Shown piece by piece: positions 43,301 to 51,900 of a stretch of 64,000 bases of DNA; position 1 is the stretch's first letter; each line of letters opens with the position of its first letter. Below the pieces are notes generated by a model, which did not search any database, had not been told where the DNA came from, and was given only the letters and a program-made list of their open reading frames with translations. This DNA is from Eledone cirrhosa. Lineage: Eukaryota. A program made the position numbers and the translations under genes. The stretch spans positions 1,798,001 through 1,862,000 of the forward strand of contig OZ024751.1 in the NCBI GenBank assembly GCA_964016885.1. Direction: 5' to 3'.

Positions 43301-45915
43301 TTACTGTTGTTGGTGTTGTTGGTGTTGTTTGTGTTACTGTTGTTGGTGTTGTTGGTGTTACTGGTATTGGTGTTGTTGGTGTTACTGTTGTTGGTGTTGT
43401 TGGTGTTACTGTTGTTGGTGTTGTTAGTATTAATGTTGTTGGTGTCGTTGGTGTTACTGTTGTTGGTGTTGTTGGTGTTGCTGTTGTTGGTGTTGTTTGT
43501 GTTACTGTTGTTGGTGTTGTTGGTGTTACTGTTGTTGGTGTTGTTTTTGTTGGTGTTGGTGGTGTTACTGTTGTTGGAGTTGTTGGTGGTACTGCTGTTG
43601 GTGTTGTTGGTGTTACTGTTGTTGGTGTTGTTGGTGTTACTGTTGTTGGTGTTGTTTTTCTTGGTGTTGGTGGTGTTACTGTTGTTGGAGCTGTTGGTGT
43701 TACTGTTGTTGGAGTTGTTGGTGTTACAGTTGTTGGTGTTGTTGGTGTTACTGTTTGTATTGTTTTTGTTGGTGTTGGTGGTGTTACTGTTGTTGGAGTT
43801 GTTGGTGTTACTGTTGTTGGTGTTGTTGGTGTTACAGTTGTTGGTGTTGTTGGTGTTACTGTTGTTGGTGTTGTTGGTGTTACTGTTGTTGGTGTTGTTG
43901 GTGTTACTGTTGTTGGTGTTATTGGTGTTACTGTTGTTGGTGTTGTTGGTGTTACTGTTGTTGGTGTTGTTGGTGTTACTGTTGTTGGTGTTGTTGGTGT
44001 TACTGTTGTTGGTGTTGTTAGTGTTACTGTTGTTGGTGTTGTTAGTGTTACTGTTGTTGGTGTTGTTGGTGTTACTGTTGTTGATGTTATTAGTGTTACT
44101 GTTGTTGGTGTTGGTGGTGTTACTGTTGTTGGTGTTGTTAGTGTTACTGTTATTGGTGTTACTATTGTTGGTGTTGGTGGTGTGACTGTTGTTGGTGTTG
44201 TTGGTGTTACTGTTGTTGGTGTTGTTAGTGTTACTGTTGTTGGTGTTGTTAGTGTTACTGTTGTTGGTGTTGTTGGTGTTACTGTTGTTGGTGTTGTTAG
44301 TGTTACTGTTGTTGGTGTTGTTATTGTTACTGTTGTTGGTGTTGCTGGTGTTACTGTTGTTGGTGTTGTTGGTGTAACTGTTGTTGGTGTTGTTGGTGTT
44401 ACTGTTGTTGGTGTTGTTGGTGTTACTGTTGTTGGTGTTATTAGTGTTACTGTTGTTGGTGTTGTTAGTGTTACTGTTGTTGGTGTTGTTGGTGTTACTG
44501 TTGTTGGTGTTGTTGGTGTTACTGTTGTTGGTGTTGTTGGTGTTACTGTTGTTGGTGTTGTTAGTGTTACTGTTGTTGGTGTTGTTAGTGTTACTGTTGT
44601 CGGTGTTGTTGGTGTTACTGTTGTTGGTGTTGTTGGTGTTACTGTTGTTGGTGTTGTTAGTGTTACTGTTGTTGGTGTTGTTAGTGTTACTGTTGTTGGT
44701 GTTGTTGGTGTTACTGTTGTTGGTGTTGTTGGTGTTACTGTTGTTGGTGTTATTAGTGTTACTGTTGTTGGTGTTGTTTGTGTTACTGTTGTTGGTGTTG
44801 TTGGTGTTACTGTTGTTGGTGTTATTGGTGTTACTGTTGTTGGTGTTTTTGGTGTTACTGTTGTTGGTGTTGTTGGTGTTACTGTTGTTGGTGTTGTTAG
44901 TGTTACTGTTGTTGGTGTTACTGTTGTTGGTGTTACTGTTGTTGGTGTTGTTTTTGTTGGTGTTGATGGTGTTGGTGTTACTGTTGTTGGTGTTGTTGGT
45001 GTTACGGCTGTTGGTTTTGTTGGTGTTACTGTTGTTGGTGTTGTTAGTGTTACTGTTGTTGGTGTTACTCTTGTTGGTGTTGTTGGTGTTGTTGGTGTTA
45101 CTGTTGTTGGTGTTGTTGGTGTTACTGTTGTTGGTGTTGTTAGTGTTACTGTTGTTGGTGTTGTTGGTGTTACTGTTGTTGGTGTTATTGGTGTTACTGT
45201 TGTTGGTGTTGTTGGTGTTACTGTTGTTGGTGTTGTTGGTGTTACTGTTGTTGGTGTTGTTAGTATTAATGTTGTTGGTGTTACTGTTGTTGGTGTTGGT
45301 GGTGTTACTGTTGTTGGTGTTGTTGGTGTTACTGTTGTTGGTGTTGTTGGTGTTACTGTTGTTGGTGTTATTGGTGTTACTGTTGTTGGTGTTGTTGGTG
45401 TTGTTTGTGTTACTGTTGTTGGTGTTGTTGGTGTTACTGTTATTGGTGTTGTTGGTGTTACTGTTGTTGGTGTTGTTGGTGTTACTGTTGTTGGTGTTGT
45501 TAGTATTAATGTTGTTGGTGTCGTTGATGTTACTGTTGTTGGTGTTGTTGGTGTTGCTGTTGTTGGTGTCTTTTGTGTTACTGTTGCTGGTGTTGTTGGT
45601 GTTACTGTTGTTGGTGTTTTTTTTGTTGGTGTTGGTGGTGTTACTGTTGTTGGAGTTGTTGGTGTTACTGTTGTTGGTGTTGTTGGTGTTACTGTTGTTG
45701 GTGTTGTTGGTGTTACTGTTGTTGGTGTTGTTTTTCTTGGTGTTGGTGGTGTTACTGTTGTTGGAGCTGTTGGTGTTGTTTGTGTTATTGTTGTTGGTGT
45801 TGGTGGTGTTACTGTTGTTGGTGTTACTGTTGTTGGTGTTGTTGGTGTTACTGTTGTTGGTGTTGTTGGTGTTACTGTTGTTGGTGGTGTTGGTGTTACT
45901 GTTGTTGGTGTTCAT
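37237..45915 (-). CDS. Longest ATG-initiated ORF (2892 aa): (NTNNTNNS)n, then about 200 aa (VTPTTPTT)n ending PKQ-stop; function doubtful
   Basis: Open per the ORF track and starts at a CAT variant of the repeat. It is entirely low-complexity, with no promoter, RBS or signal peptide. Openness is expected because the AAC/ACC/AGT frame cannot reach a stop by a single substitution. Confidence 0.08.
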   Translation of the reverse strand: MNTNNSNTNTTNNSNTNNTNNSNTNNTNNSNTNNSNTTNTNNNNTNNTNSSNNSNTTNTKKNNTNNSNTNNTNNSNTNNTNNSNTNNSNNSNTTNTNKKNTNNSNTNNTSNSNTKDTNNSNTNNTNNSNINDTNNINTNNTNNSNTNNTNNSNTNNTNNSNTNNTNNSNTNNTNNTNNSNTNNTNNSNTNNTNNSNTNNTNNSNTTNTNNSNTNNINTNNTNNSNTNNTNNSNTNNTNNSNTNNTNNSNTNNTNNSNTNNTNNSNTNNTNNSNTNNTNNTNKSNTNNSNTNNTNNSNTNKTNSRNTNNTNNSNTNTINTNKNNTNNSNTNNSNTNNSNTNNTNNSNTNNTNNSNTKNTNNSNTNNTNNSNTNNTNNSNTNNTNNSNTNNTNNSNTNNTNNSNTNNTNNSNTNNTNNSNTNNTNNSNTNNTNNSNTNNTDNSNTNNTNNSNTNNTNNSNTNNTNNSNTNNTNNSNTNNTNNSNTNNTNNSNTNNTNNSNTNNTNNSNTNNTNNSYTNNTNNSNTSNTNNSNNNNTNNSNTNNTNNSNTNNTNNSNTNNTNNSNTNNTNNSNTNNTNNSHTTNTNNSNTNNSNTNNTNNSNTTNTNNSNTNNINNSNTNNTNNSNTNNTNNSNTNNTNNSNTNNTNNSNTNNTNNSNTNNTNNSNTNNTNNSNTNNTNNSNTNNTNNSNTNNTNNCNTNNTNNSNTNNSNNSNTTNTNKNNTNSNTNNTNNCNTNNSNNSNTNSSNNSNTTNTKKNNTNNSNTNNTNNSNTNNTNSSTTNNSNNSNTTNTNKNNTNNSNTNNTNNSNTNNTNNSNTNNTNNSNTNDTNNINTNNTNNSNTNNTNNSNTNNTNTSNTNNTNNSNTNNTNNTNNSNTNNTNNSNTNNTNNSNTNNTNNSNTTNTNNSNTNDTNNINTNNTNNSNTNNTNNSNTNNTNNSNTNNTNNSNTNNTNNTNNSNTNNSNTNNTNNSNTNKTNSRNTNNTNNSNTNTINTNKNNTNNSNTNNSNTNNSNTNNTNNSNTNNTNNSNTNNTNNSNTNNTNNSNTNNPNNSNTNNTNNSNTNNTNNSNTNNTNNSNTNNTNNSNTNNTNNSNTNNTNNSNTNNTNNSNTNNTDNSNTNNTNNSNTNNTNNSNTNNTNNSNTNNTNNSNTNNTNNSNTNNTNNSNTNNTNNSNTNNTNNSNTNNTNNSYTNNTNNSNTSNTNNSNNNNTNNSNTNNTNNSNTNNTNNSNTNNTNNSNTNNTNNSNTNNTNNSHTTNTNNSNTNNSNTNNTNNSNTTNTNNSNTNNINNSNTNNTNNSNTNNTNNSNTNNTNNSNTNNTNNSNTNNTNNSNTNNTNNSNTNNTNNSNTNNTNNSNTNNTNNSNTNNTNNCNTNNTNNSNTNNSNNSNTTNTNKNNTNSNTNNTNNCNTNNSNNSNTNSSNNSNTTNTKKNNTNNSNTNNTNNSNTNNTNSSTTNNSNNSNTTNTNKNNTNNSNTNNTNNSNTNNTNNSNTNNTNNSNTNDTNNINTNNTNNSNTNNTNNSNTNNTNTSNTNNTNNSNTNNTNNTNNSNTNNTNNSNTNNTNNSNTNNTNNSNTTNTNNSNTNDTNNINTNNTNNSNTNNTNNSNTNNTNNSNTNNTNNSNTNNTNNTNNSNTNNSNTNNTNNSNTNKTNSRNTNNTNNSNTNTINTNKNNTNNSNTNNSNTNNSNTNNTNNSNTNNTNNSNTNNTNNSNTNNTNNSNTNNTNNSNTNNTNNSNTNNTNNSNTNNTNNSNTNNTNNSNTNNTNNSNTNNTNNSNTNNTNNSNTNNTDNSNTNNTNNSNTNNTNNSNTNNTNNSNTNNTNNSNTNNTNNSNTNNTNNSNTNNTNNSNTNNTNNSNTNNTNNSYTNNTNNSNTSNTNNSNNNNTNNSNTNNTNNSNTNNTNNSNTNNTNNSNTNNTNNSNTNNTNNSHTTNTNNSNTNNSNTNNTNNSNTTNTNNSNTNNINNSNTNNTNNSNTNNTNNSNTNNTNNSNTNNTNNSNTNNTNNSNTNNTNNSNTNNTNNSNTNNTNNSNTNSTNNSNTNNTNNCNTNNTNNSNTNNSNNSNTTNTNKNNTNSNTNNTNNSNTNNSNNSNTNSSNNSNTTNTKKNNTNNSNTNNTNNSNTNNTNSSTTNNSNNSNTTNTNKNNTNNSNTNNTNNSNTNNTNNSNTNNTNNSNTNDTNNINTNNTNNSNTNNTNNSNTNNTNTSNTNNTNNSNTNNTNNTNNSNTNNTNNSNTNNTNNSNTNNTNNSNTTNTNNSNTNDTNNINTNNTKNSNTNNTNNSNTNNTNNSNTNNTNNSNTNNTNNSNTNNTNNSNTNNTNNSNTNNTNNSNTNNTNNSNTNNTNNSNTNNTNNSNTNNTNNSNTNNTNSRNTNNTNNSNANTINTNKNNTNNSNTNNSNTNNTNNSNTNNTNNSNTNNTTNSNTNNTNNSNTNNTNNSNTNNTNNSNTNNTNNSNTNNTNNSNTNNTNNSNTNNSNTNNTNNSNTNNTNNSNNNNTNNSNTNNTDSSNTNNTNNSNTNNTNNSNTNNTNNSNTNNTNNSNTNNTNNSNTNNTNNSNTNNTNNSNTNNTNNSNTNNTNNSNTNNANNSNTSNTNNSNNNNTNNSNTNNTNNSNTNNTNNSNTNNTNNSNTNNTNNSNTNNTNNSHTTNTNNSNTNNSNTNNTNNSNTTNTNNSNTNNINNSNTNNTNTNNTNNSNTNNSNNSNTNNTRTVTPTTPTTLTQTTPTTVTPTTPTTVTLTTPTTVTLTTPTTLTPTTPTKVTLTTPTTVTLITPTTVTPTTPTTVTPTTPTAVTPTTPTRVTPATPTTVTITTPTTATLTTPTTVTPTTPTTVTLPTPTTLTLTTPTTVTPTTTTTVTPPTPTTVTPITVTPTTPTTVTPPTPTTVTPTTPTTVTPTTTTTVTPTTPKQ
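39145..45183. repeat. Tandem triplication, period 2013 bp
   Basis: ORF starts 39471/41484/43497 and 40163/42176/44189. The private variant GGTGGTACTGCT near 39560/41573/43586 and GTAACT at 40348/42361/44374 share the same period. Confidence 0.93.
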
Positions 45916-48900
45916 GGTGTTACTGTTATTGGTGTTGGTGGTGTTACTGTTGTTGGTGTTGTTGGTGTTACTGTTGTTGGTGTTGTTGGTGTTACTGTTG
46001 TTGATGTTGTTTGTGTTACTGTTGTTGATGGTGTTGGTGTTACTGTTGCTGGTGTTGTTAGTGTTACTGTTGTTGGTGATGTTGGTGTTACTGTTGTTGG
46101 TGTTGTTAGTGTTACTGTTGTTGGTGTTGTTGGAGTTACTGTTGTTGGTGTTGTTTGTGTTACTGTTGTTGGTGTTGTTGGTGTTACTGTTGTTGGTGTT
46201 GTTGGTGTTACTGTTGTTGGTGTTGTTGGTGTTACTGCGTTGGTGTTGTTGGGGTTACTGTTGTTGTTGTTGTTGGTGTTACTGTTGTTGGTGTTGTTGG
46301 TGTTACTGTTGTTGGTGTTGGTGGTGTTACTGTTGTTGGTGTTGTTGGTGTTACTGTTATTGGTGTTACTGTTGTTGGTGTTGGTGGTGTGACTGTTGAT
46401 GTTGTTGTTGGTGTTACTGTTGTTGGTGTTGTTAGTGTTACTGTTGTTGGTGTTGGTAGTGTTACTGTTGTTGGTGTTGTTGGTGTTACTGTTGTTGGTG
46501 TTGTTAGTGTTGCTGTTGTTGGTGTTGTTATTGTTACTGTTGTTGGTGTTGCTGGTGTTACTGTTGTTGGTGTTGTTGGTGTTACTGCTGTTGGTGTTGT
46601 TGGTGTTACTGTTGTTGGTGTTGTTGGTGTTACTGTTGTTGGTGTTATTAGTGTTACTGTTGTTGGTGTTGTTAGTGTTACTTTTGTTGGTGTTGTTGGT
46701 GTTAATGTTGTTGGTGTTGTTAGTGTTACTGTTGTTGGAGTTGTTAGTGTTACTGTTGTTGGTGTTGTTGGTGTTACTGTTGTTGGTGTTGTTAGTGTTA
46801 CTGTTGTTGGTGTTGTTAGTGTTACTGTTGTTGGTGTTGTTGGTGTTACTGTTGTTGGTGTTGTTGGTGTTACTGTTGTTGGTGTTGTTAGTGTTACTGT
46901 TGTTGGTGTTGTTGGTGTTACTGTTGTTGGTGTTGTTAGTGTTACTGTTGTTGGTGTTGTTTTTGTTGGTGTTGGTGGTGTTGGTGTTACTGTTGTTGGT
47001 GTTGGTGGTCTTACTGTTGTTGGTGTTGTTGGTGTTACTGTTGTTGGTGTTGTTTTTGTTGGTGTTGGTAGTGTTGGTGTTACTGTTGTTGGTGTTGGTG
47101 GTCTTACTGTTGTTGGTGTTGTTGGTGTTACTGTTGTTGGTGTTGTTGGTGTTACTGTTGTTGGTGTTGTTGGTGTTACTGTTGTTGGTGTTGTTGGTGT
47201 TACTGTTGTTGGTGTTACTGTTGTTGGTGTTGTTTTTGTTGGTGTTGGTGGTGATGGTTTTACTGTTGTTGGTGTTGTTGGTGTTACCGTTGTTGGTGTT
47301 GGTGGTCTTACTGTTGTTGGTGTTGTTGGTATTACTGTTGTTGGTGTTGTTGGTGTTACTGTTGTTGGTGTTATTGGTGTTACTGTTGTTGGTGTTGTTG
47401 GTTTTACTGTTGTTGGTGTTGTTGGTGTTACTGTTGATGGTGTTGTTGGTGTTACTGTTGTTGGTGTTGTTGGTGTTACTGTTGTTGGTTTTGTTGGTGT
47501 TACTGTTGTTGGTGTTGGTGTTACTGTTGTTGGTGTTGTTAGTGTTACTGTTGTTGGTGTTGGTGTTGGTGTTACTGTTGTTGGTGTTGTTGGTGTTACT
47601 GTTGTTGGTGTTGTTAGTGTTACTGTTGTTGGTGTTGTTGGTGTTACTGTTGTTGGTGTTGTTGGTGTTACTGTTGTTGGTGTTGTTGGTGTTACTGTTG
47701 TTGGTGTTGTTAGTATTACTGTTGTTGGTGTTGGTGGTGTTACTGTTGTTGGTGTTGTTAGTATTACTGTTGTTGATGTTGGTGGTGTTACTGTTGTTGG
47801 TGTTGTTGGTGTTACTGTTGTTGGTGTTGTTGGTGTTACTGTTGTTGGTGTTGTTAGTATTACTGTTGTTGGTGTTGGTGGTGTTACTGTTGTTGGTGTT
47901 GTTGGTGTTACTGTTGTGGTGTTGTTAGTGTTACTGTTGTTGGTGTTGTTAGTGTTACAGTTGTTGTTTTTGTTGGTGTTACTGTTGTTGGTGTTGTCAG
48001 TGTTACTGTTGTTGGTGTTGTTAGTGTTACTGTTGTTCGTGTTGTTGGTGTTACTGTTGTTGGTGTTGTTGGTCTTACTGTTGTTGGTGATGTTGGTGTT
48101 ACTGTTGTTGGTGTTGTTGGTTTTACTGTTGTTTGTGTTGTTGGTGTTACTGTTGTTGGTGTTGTTGGTTTTACTGTTGTTGGTGTTGTTGGTGTTACTG
48201 TTGTTGGTGTTGTTGGTGTTACTGTTGTTGGTGTTGTTAGTATTACTGTTGTTGGTGTTGGTGGTGTTACTGTTGTTGGTGTTGTTGGTGTTACTGTTGT
48301 TGGTGTTGTTGGTGTTACTGTTGTTGGTGTTGTTAGTGTTACTGTTGTTGGTGTTGTTGGTGTTACTGTTGTTGGTGTTGTTGGTGTTACTGTTGTTGGT
48401 GTTGTTAGTATTACTGTTGTTGGTGTTGGTGGTGTTACTGTTGTTGGTGTTGTTAGTATTACTGTTGTTGGTGTTGGTGGTGTTACTGTTGTTGGTGTTG
48501 TTGGTGTTACTGTTGTTGGTGTTGTTGGTGTTACTGTTGTTGGTGTTGTTAGTATTACTGTTGTTGGTGTTGGTGGTGTTACTGTTGTTGGTGTTGTTGG
48601 TGTTACTGTTGTTGGTGTTGTTGGTGTTACTGTTGTTGGTGTTGTTAGTGTTACTGTTGTTGGTGTTGTTGGTGTTACTGTTGTTGGTGTTGGTGGTGTT
48701 ACTGTTGTTGGTGCTGTTTGTGTTACTGTTGTTGGTGTTGTTTGTGTTACTGTTGTTGGTGTTGGTGGTGTTACTGTTGTTGGTGTTGTTGGTGTTACTG
48801 TTGTTGGTGTTGTTGGTGTTACTGTTGTTGGTGTTGTTAGTGTTACTGTTGTTGGTGTTGTTGGTGTTACTGTTGTTGGTGTTGTTAGTGTTACTGTTGT

Positions 48901-51900
48901 TGGTGTTGTTAGTGTTACTGTTGTTGGTGTTATTGGTGTTACTGTTGTTGGTGTTGTTGGTGTTACTGTTGTTGGTGTTGTTGGTGTTACTGTTGTTGGT
49001 GTTGTTAGTATTAATGTTGTTGGTGTCGTTGGTGTTACTGTTGTTGGTGTTGGTGGTGTTACTGTTGTTGGTGTTGTTGGTGTTACTGTTGTTGGTGTTG
49101 TTGGTGTTACTGTTGTTTGTGTTATTGGTGTTGCTGTTGTTGGTGTTACTGTTGTTGGTGTTGTTAGTGTTACTGTTGTTGGTGTTGTTAGTGTTACTGT
49201 TGTTGGTGTTGTTGGTGTTACTGTTGTTGGTGTTGTTAGTGTTACTGTTGTTGGTGTTGTTATTGTTACTGTTGTTGGTGTTGCTGGTGTTACTGTTGTT
49301 GGTGTTGTTGGTGTAACTGTTGTTGGTGTTGTTGGTGTTACTGTTGTTGGTGTTGTTGGTGTTACTGTTGTTGGTGTTATTAGTGTTACTGTTGTTGGTG
49401 TTGTTAGTATTAATGTTGTTGGTGTCGTTGGTGTTACTGTTGTTGGTGTTGTTGGTGTTGCTGTTGTTGGTGTTGTTTGTGTTACTGTTGTTGGTGTTGT
49501 TGGTGTTACTGTTGTTGGTGTTGTTTTTGTTGGTGTTGGTGGTGTTACTGTTGTTGGAGTTGTTGGTGTTACTGCTGTTGGTGTTGTTGGTGTTACTGTT
49601 GTTGGTGTTGTTGGTGTTACTGTTGTTGGTGTTGTTTTTCTTGGTGTTGGTGGTGTTACTGTTGTTGGAGCTGTTGGTGTTACTGTTGTTGGAGTTGTTG
49701 GTGTTACTGTTGTTGGTGTTGTTGGTGTTACTGTTGGTATTGTTTTTGTTGGTGTTACTGTTGTTGGTGTTGTTGGTGTTACTGTTGTTGGTGTTGTTGG
49801 TGTTACTGTTGTTGGTGTTATTGGTGTTACTGTTGTTGGTGTTGTTGGTGTTACTGTTGTTGGTGTTGTTGGTGTTACTGTTGTTGGTGTTGTTGGTGTT
49901 ACTGTTGTTGGTGTTGTTAGTGTTACTGTTGTTGGTGTTGTTAGTGTTACTGTTGTTGGTGTTGTTGGTGTTACTGTTGTTGATGTTATTAGTGTTACTG
50001 TTGTTGGTGTTGGTGGTGTTACTGTTGTTGGTGTTGTTAGTGTTACTGTTATTGGTGTTACTATTGTTGGTGTTGGTGTTGTGACTGTTGTTGGTGTTGT
50101 TGGTGTTACTGTTGTTGGTGTTGTTAGTGTTACTGTTGTTGGTGTTCTTAGTGTTACTGTTGTTGGTGTTGTTGGTGTTACTGTTGTTGCTGTTGTTAGT
50201 GTTACTGTTGTTGGTGTTGTTATTGTTACTGTTGTTGGTGTTGCTGGTGTTACTGTTGTTGGTGTTGTTGGTGTAACTGTTGTTGGTGTTGTTGGTGTTA
50301 CTGTTGTTGGTGTTGTTGGTGTTACTGTTGTTGGTGTTATTAGTGTTACTGTTGTTGGTGTTGTTAGTGTTACTGTTGTTGGTGTTGTTGGTGTTACTGT
50401 TGTTGGTGTTGTTGGTGTTACTGTTGTTGGTGTTACTGTTGTTGGTGTTGTTAGTGTTACTGTTGTTGGTGTTGTTAGTGTTACTGTTGTCGGTGTTGTT
50501 GGTGTTACTGTTGTTGGTGTTGTTGGTGTTACTGTTGTTGGTGTTGTTAGTGTTACTGTTGTTGGTGTTGTTAGTGTTACTGTTGTTGGTGTTGTTGGTG
50601 TTACTGTTGTTGGTGTTGTTGGTGTTACTGTTGTTGGTGTTATTAGTGTTACTGTTGTTGGTGTTGTTTGTGTTACTGTTGTTGGTGTTACTGTTGTTGG
50701 TGTTATTGGTGTTACTGTTGTTTGTGTTGTTGGTGTTACTGTTGTTGGTGTTGTTGGTGTTACTGTTGTTGGTGTTGTTAGTGTTACTGTTGTTGGTGTT
50801 ACTGTTGTTGGTGTTACTGTTGTTGGTGTTGATTTTGTTGGTGTTGATGGTGTTGGTGTTACTGTTGTTGGTGTTGTTGGTGTTACGGCTGTTGGTTTTG
50901 TTGGTGTTACTGTTGTTGGTGTTGTTAGTGTTACTGTTGTTGGTGTTACTGTTGTTGGTGTTGTTGGTGTTACTGTTGTTGGTGTTGTTAGTGTTACTGT
51001 TGTTGGTGTTGTTGGTGTTACTGTTGTTGGTGTTGTTAGTGTTACTGTTGTTGGTGTTTTTGGTGTTACTGTTGTTGGTGTTATTGGTGTTACTGTTGTT
51101 GGTGTTGTTGGTGTTACTGTTGTTGGTGTTGTTGGTGTTACTGTTGTTGGTGTTGTTAGTATTAATGTTGTTGGTGTCGTTGGTGTTACTGTTGTTGGTG
51201 TTGGTGGTGTTACTGTTGTTGGTGTTGTTGGTGTTACTGTTGTTGGTGTTGTTGGTGTTACTGTTGTTGGTGTTATTGGTGTTACCGTTGTTGGTCTTGT
51301 TGGTGTTGTTTGTGTTACTGTTGTTGGTGTTGTTGGTGTTACTGTTATTGGTGTTGTTGGTGTTACTGTTGTTGGTGTTGTTGGTGTTACTGTTGTTGGT
51401 GTTGTTAGTATTAATGTTGTTGGTGTCGTTGATGTTACTGTTGTTGGTGTTGTTGGTGTTGCTGTTGTTGGTGTTGTTTGTGTTACTGTTGCTGGTGTTG
51501 TTGGTGTTACTGTTGTTGGTGTTTTTTTTGTTGGTGTTGGTGGTGTTACTGTTGTTGGAGTTGTTGGTGTTACTGTTGTTGGTGTTGTTGGTGTTACTGT
51601 TGTTGGTGTTGTTGGTGTTACTGTTGTTGGTGTTGTTTTTCTTGGTGTTGGTGGTGTTACTGTTGTTGGAGCTGTTGGTGTTGTTTGTGTTATTGTTGTT
51701 GGTGTTGGTGGTGTTACTGTTGTTGGTGTTACTGTTGTTGGTGTTGTTGGTGTTACTGTTGTTGGTGTTGTTGGTGTTACTGTTGTTGGTGGTGTTGGTG
51801 TTACTGTTGTTGGTGTTCATGGTGTTACTGTTATTGTTGTTGGTGGTGTTACTGTTGTTGGTGTTGTTAGTGTTACTGTTGTTGGTGTTGTTGGTGTTAC

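Noticed and set aside
5515-45183. Near-identical 3657, 5583 and 2013 bp duplicates as pure assembly artefacts
   Set aside because: Copies differ by private substitutions (GTCAGAGTT near 11080, AAT at 26061, GGTTTTATT near 26341, ATTTGT near 33303, GGGGTT at 42781) and by whole-monomer indels, as expected for real recent duplications. Exact copy number still needs spanning reads.
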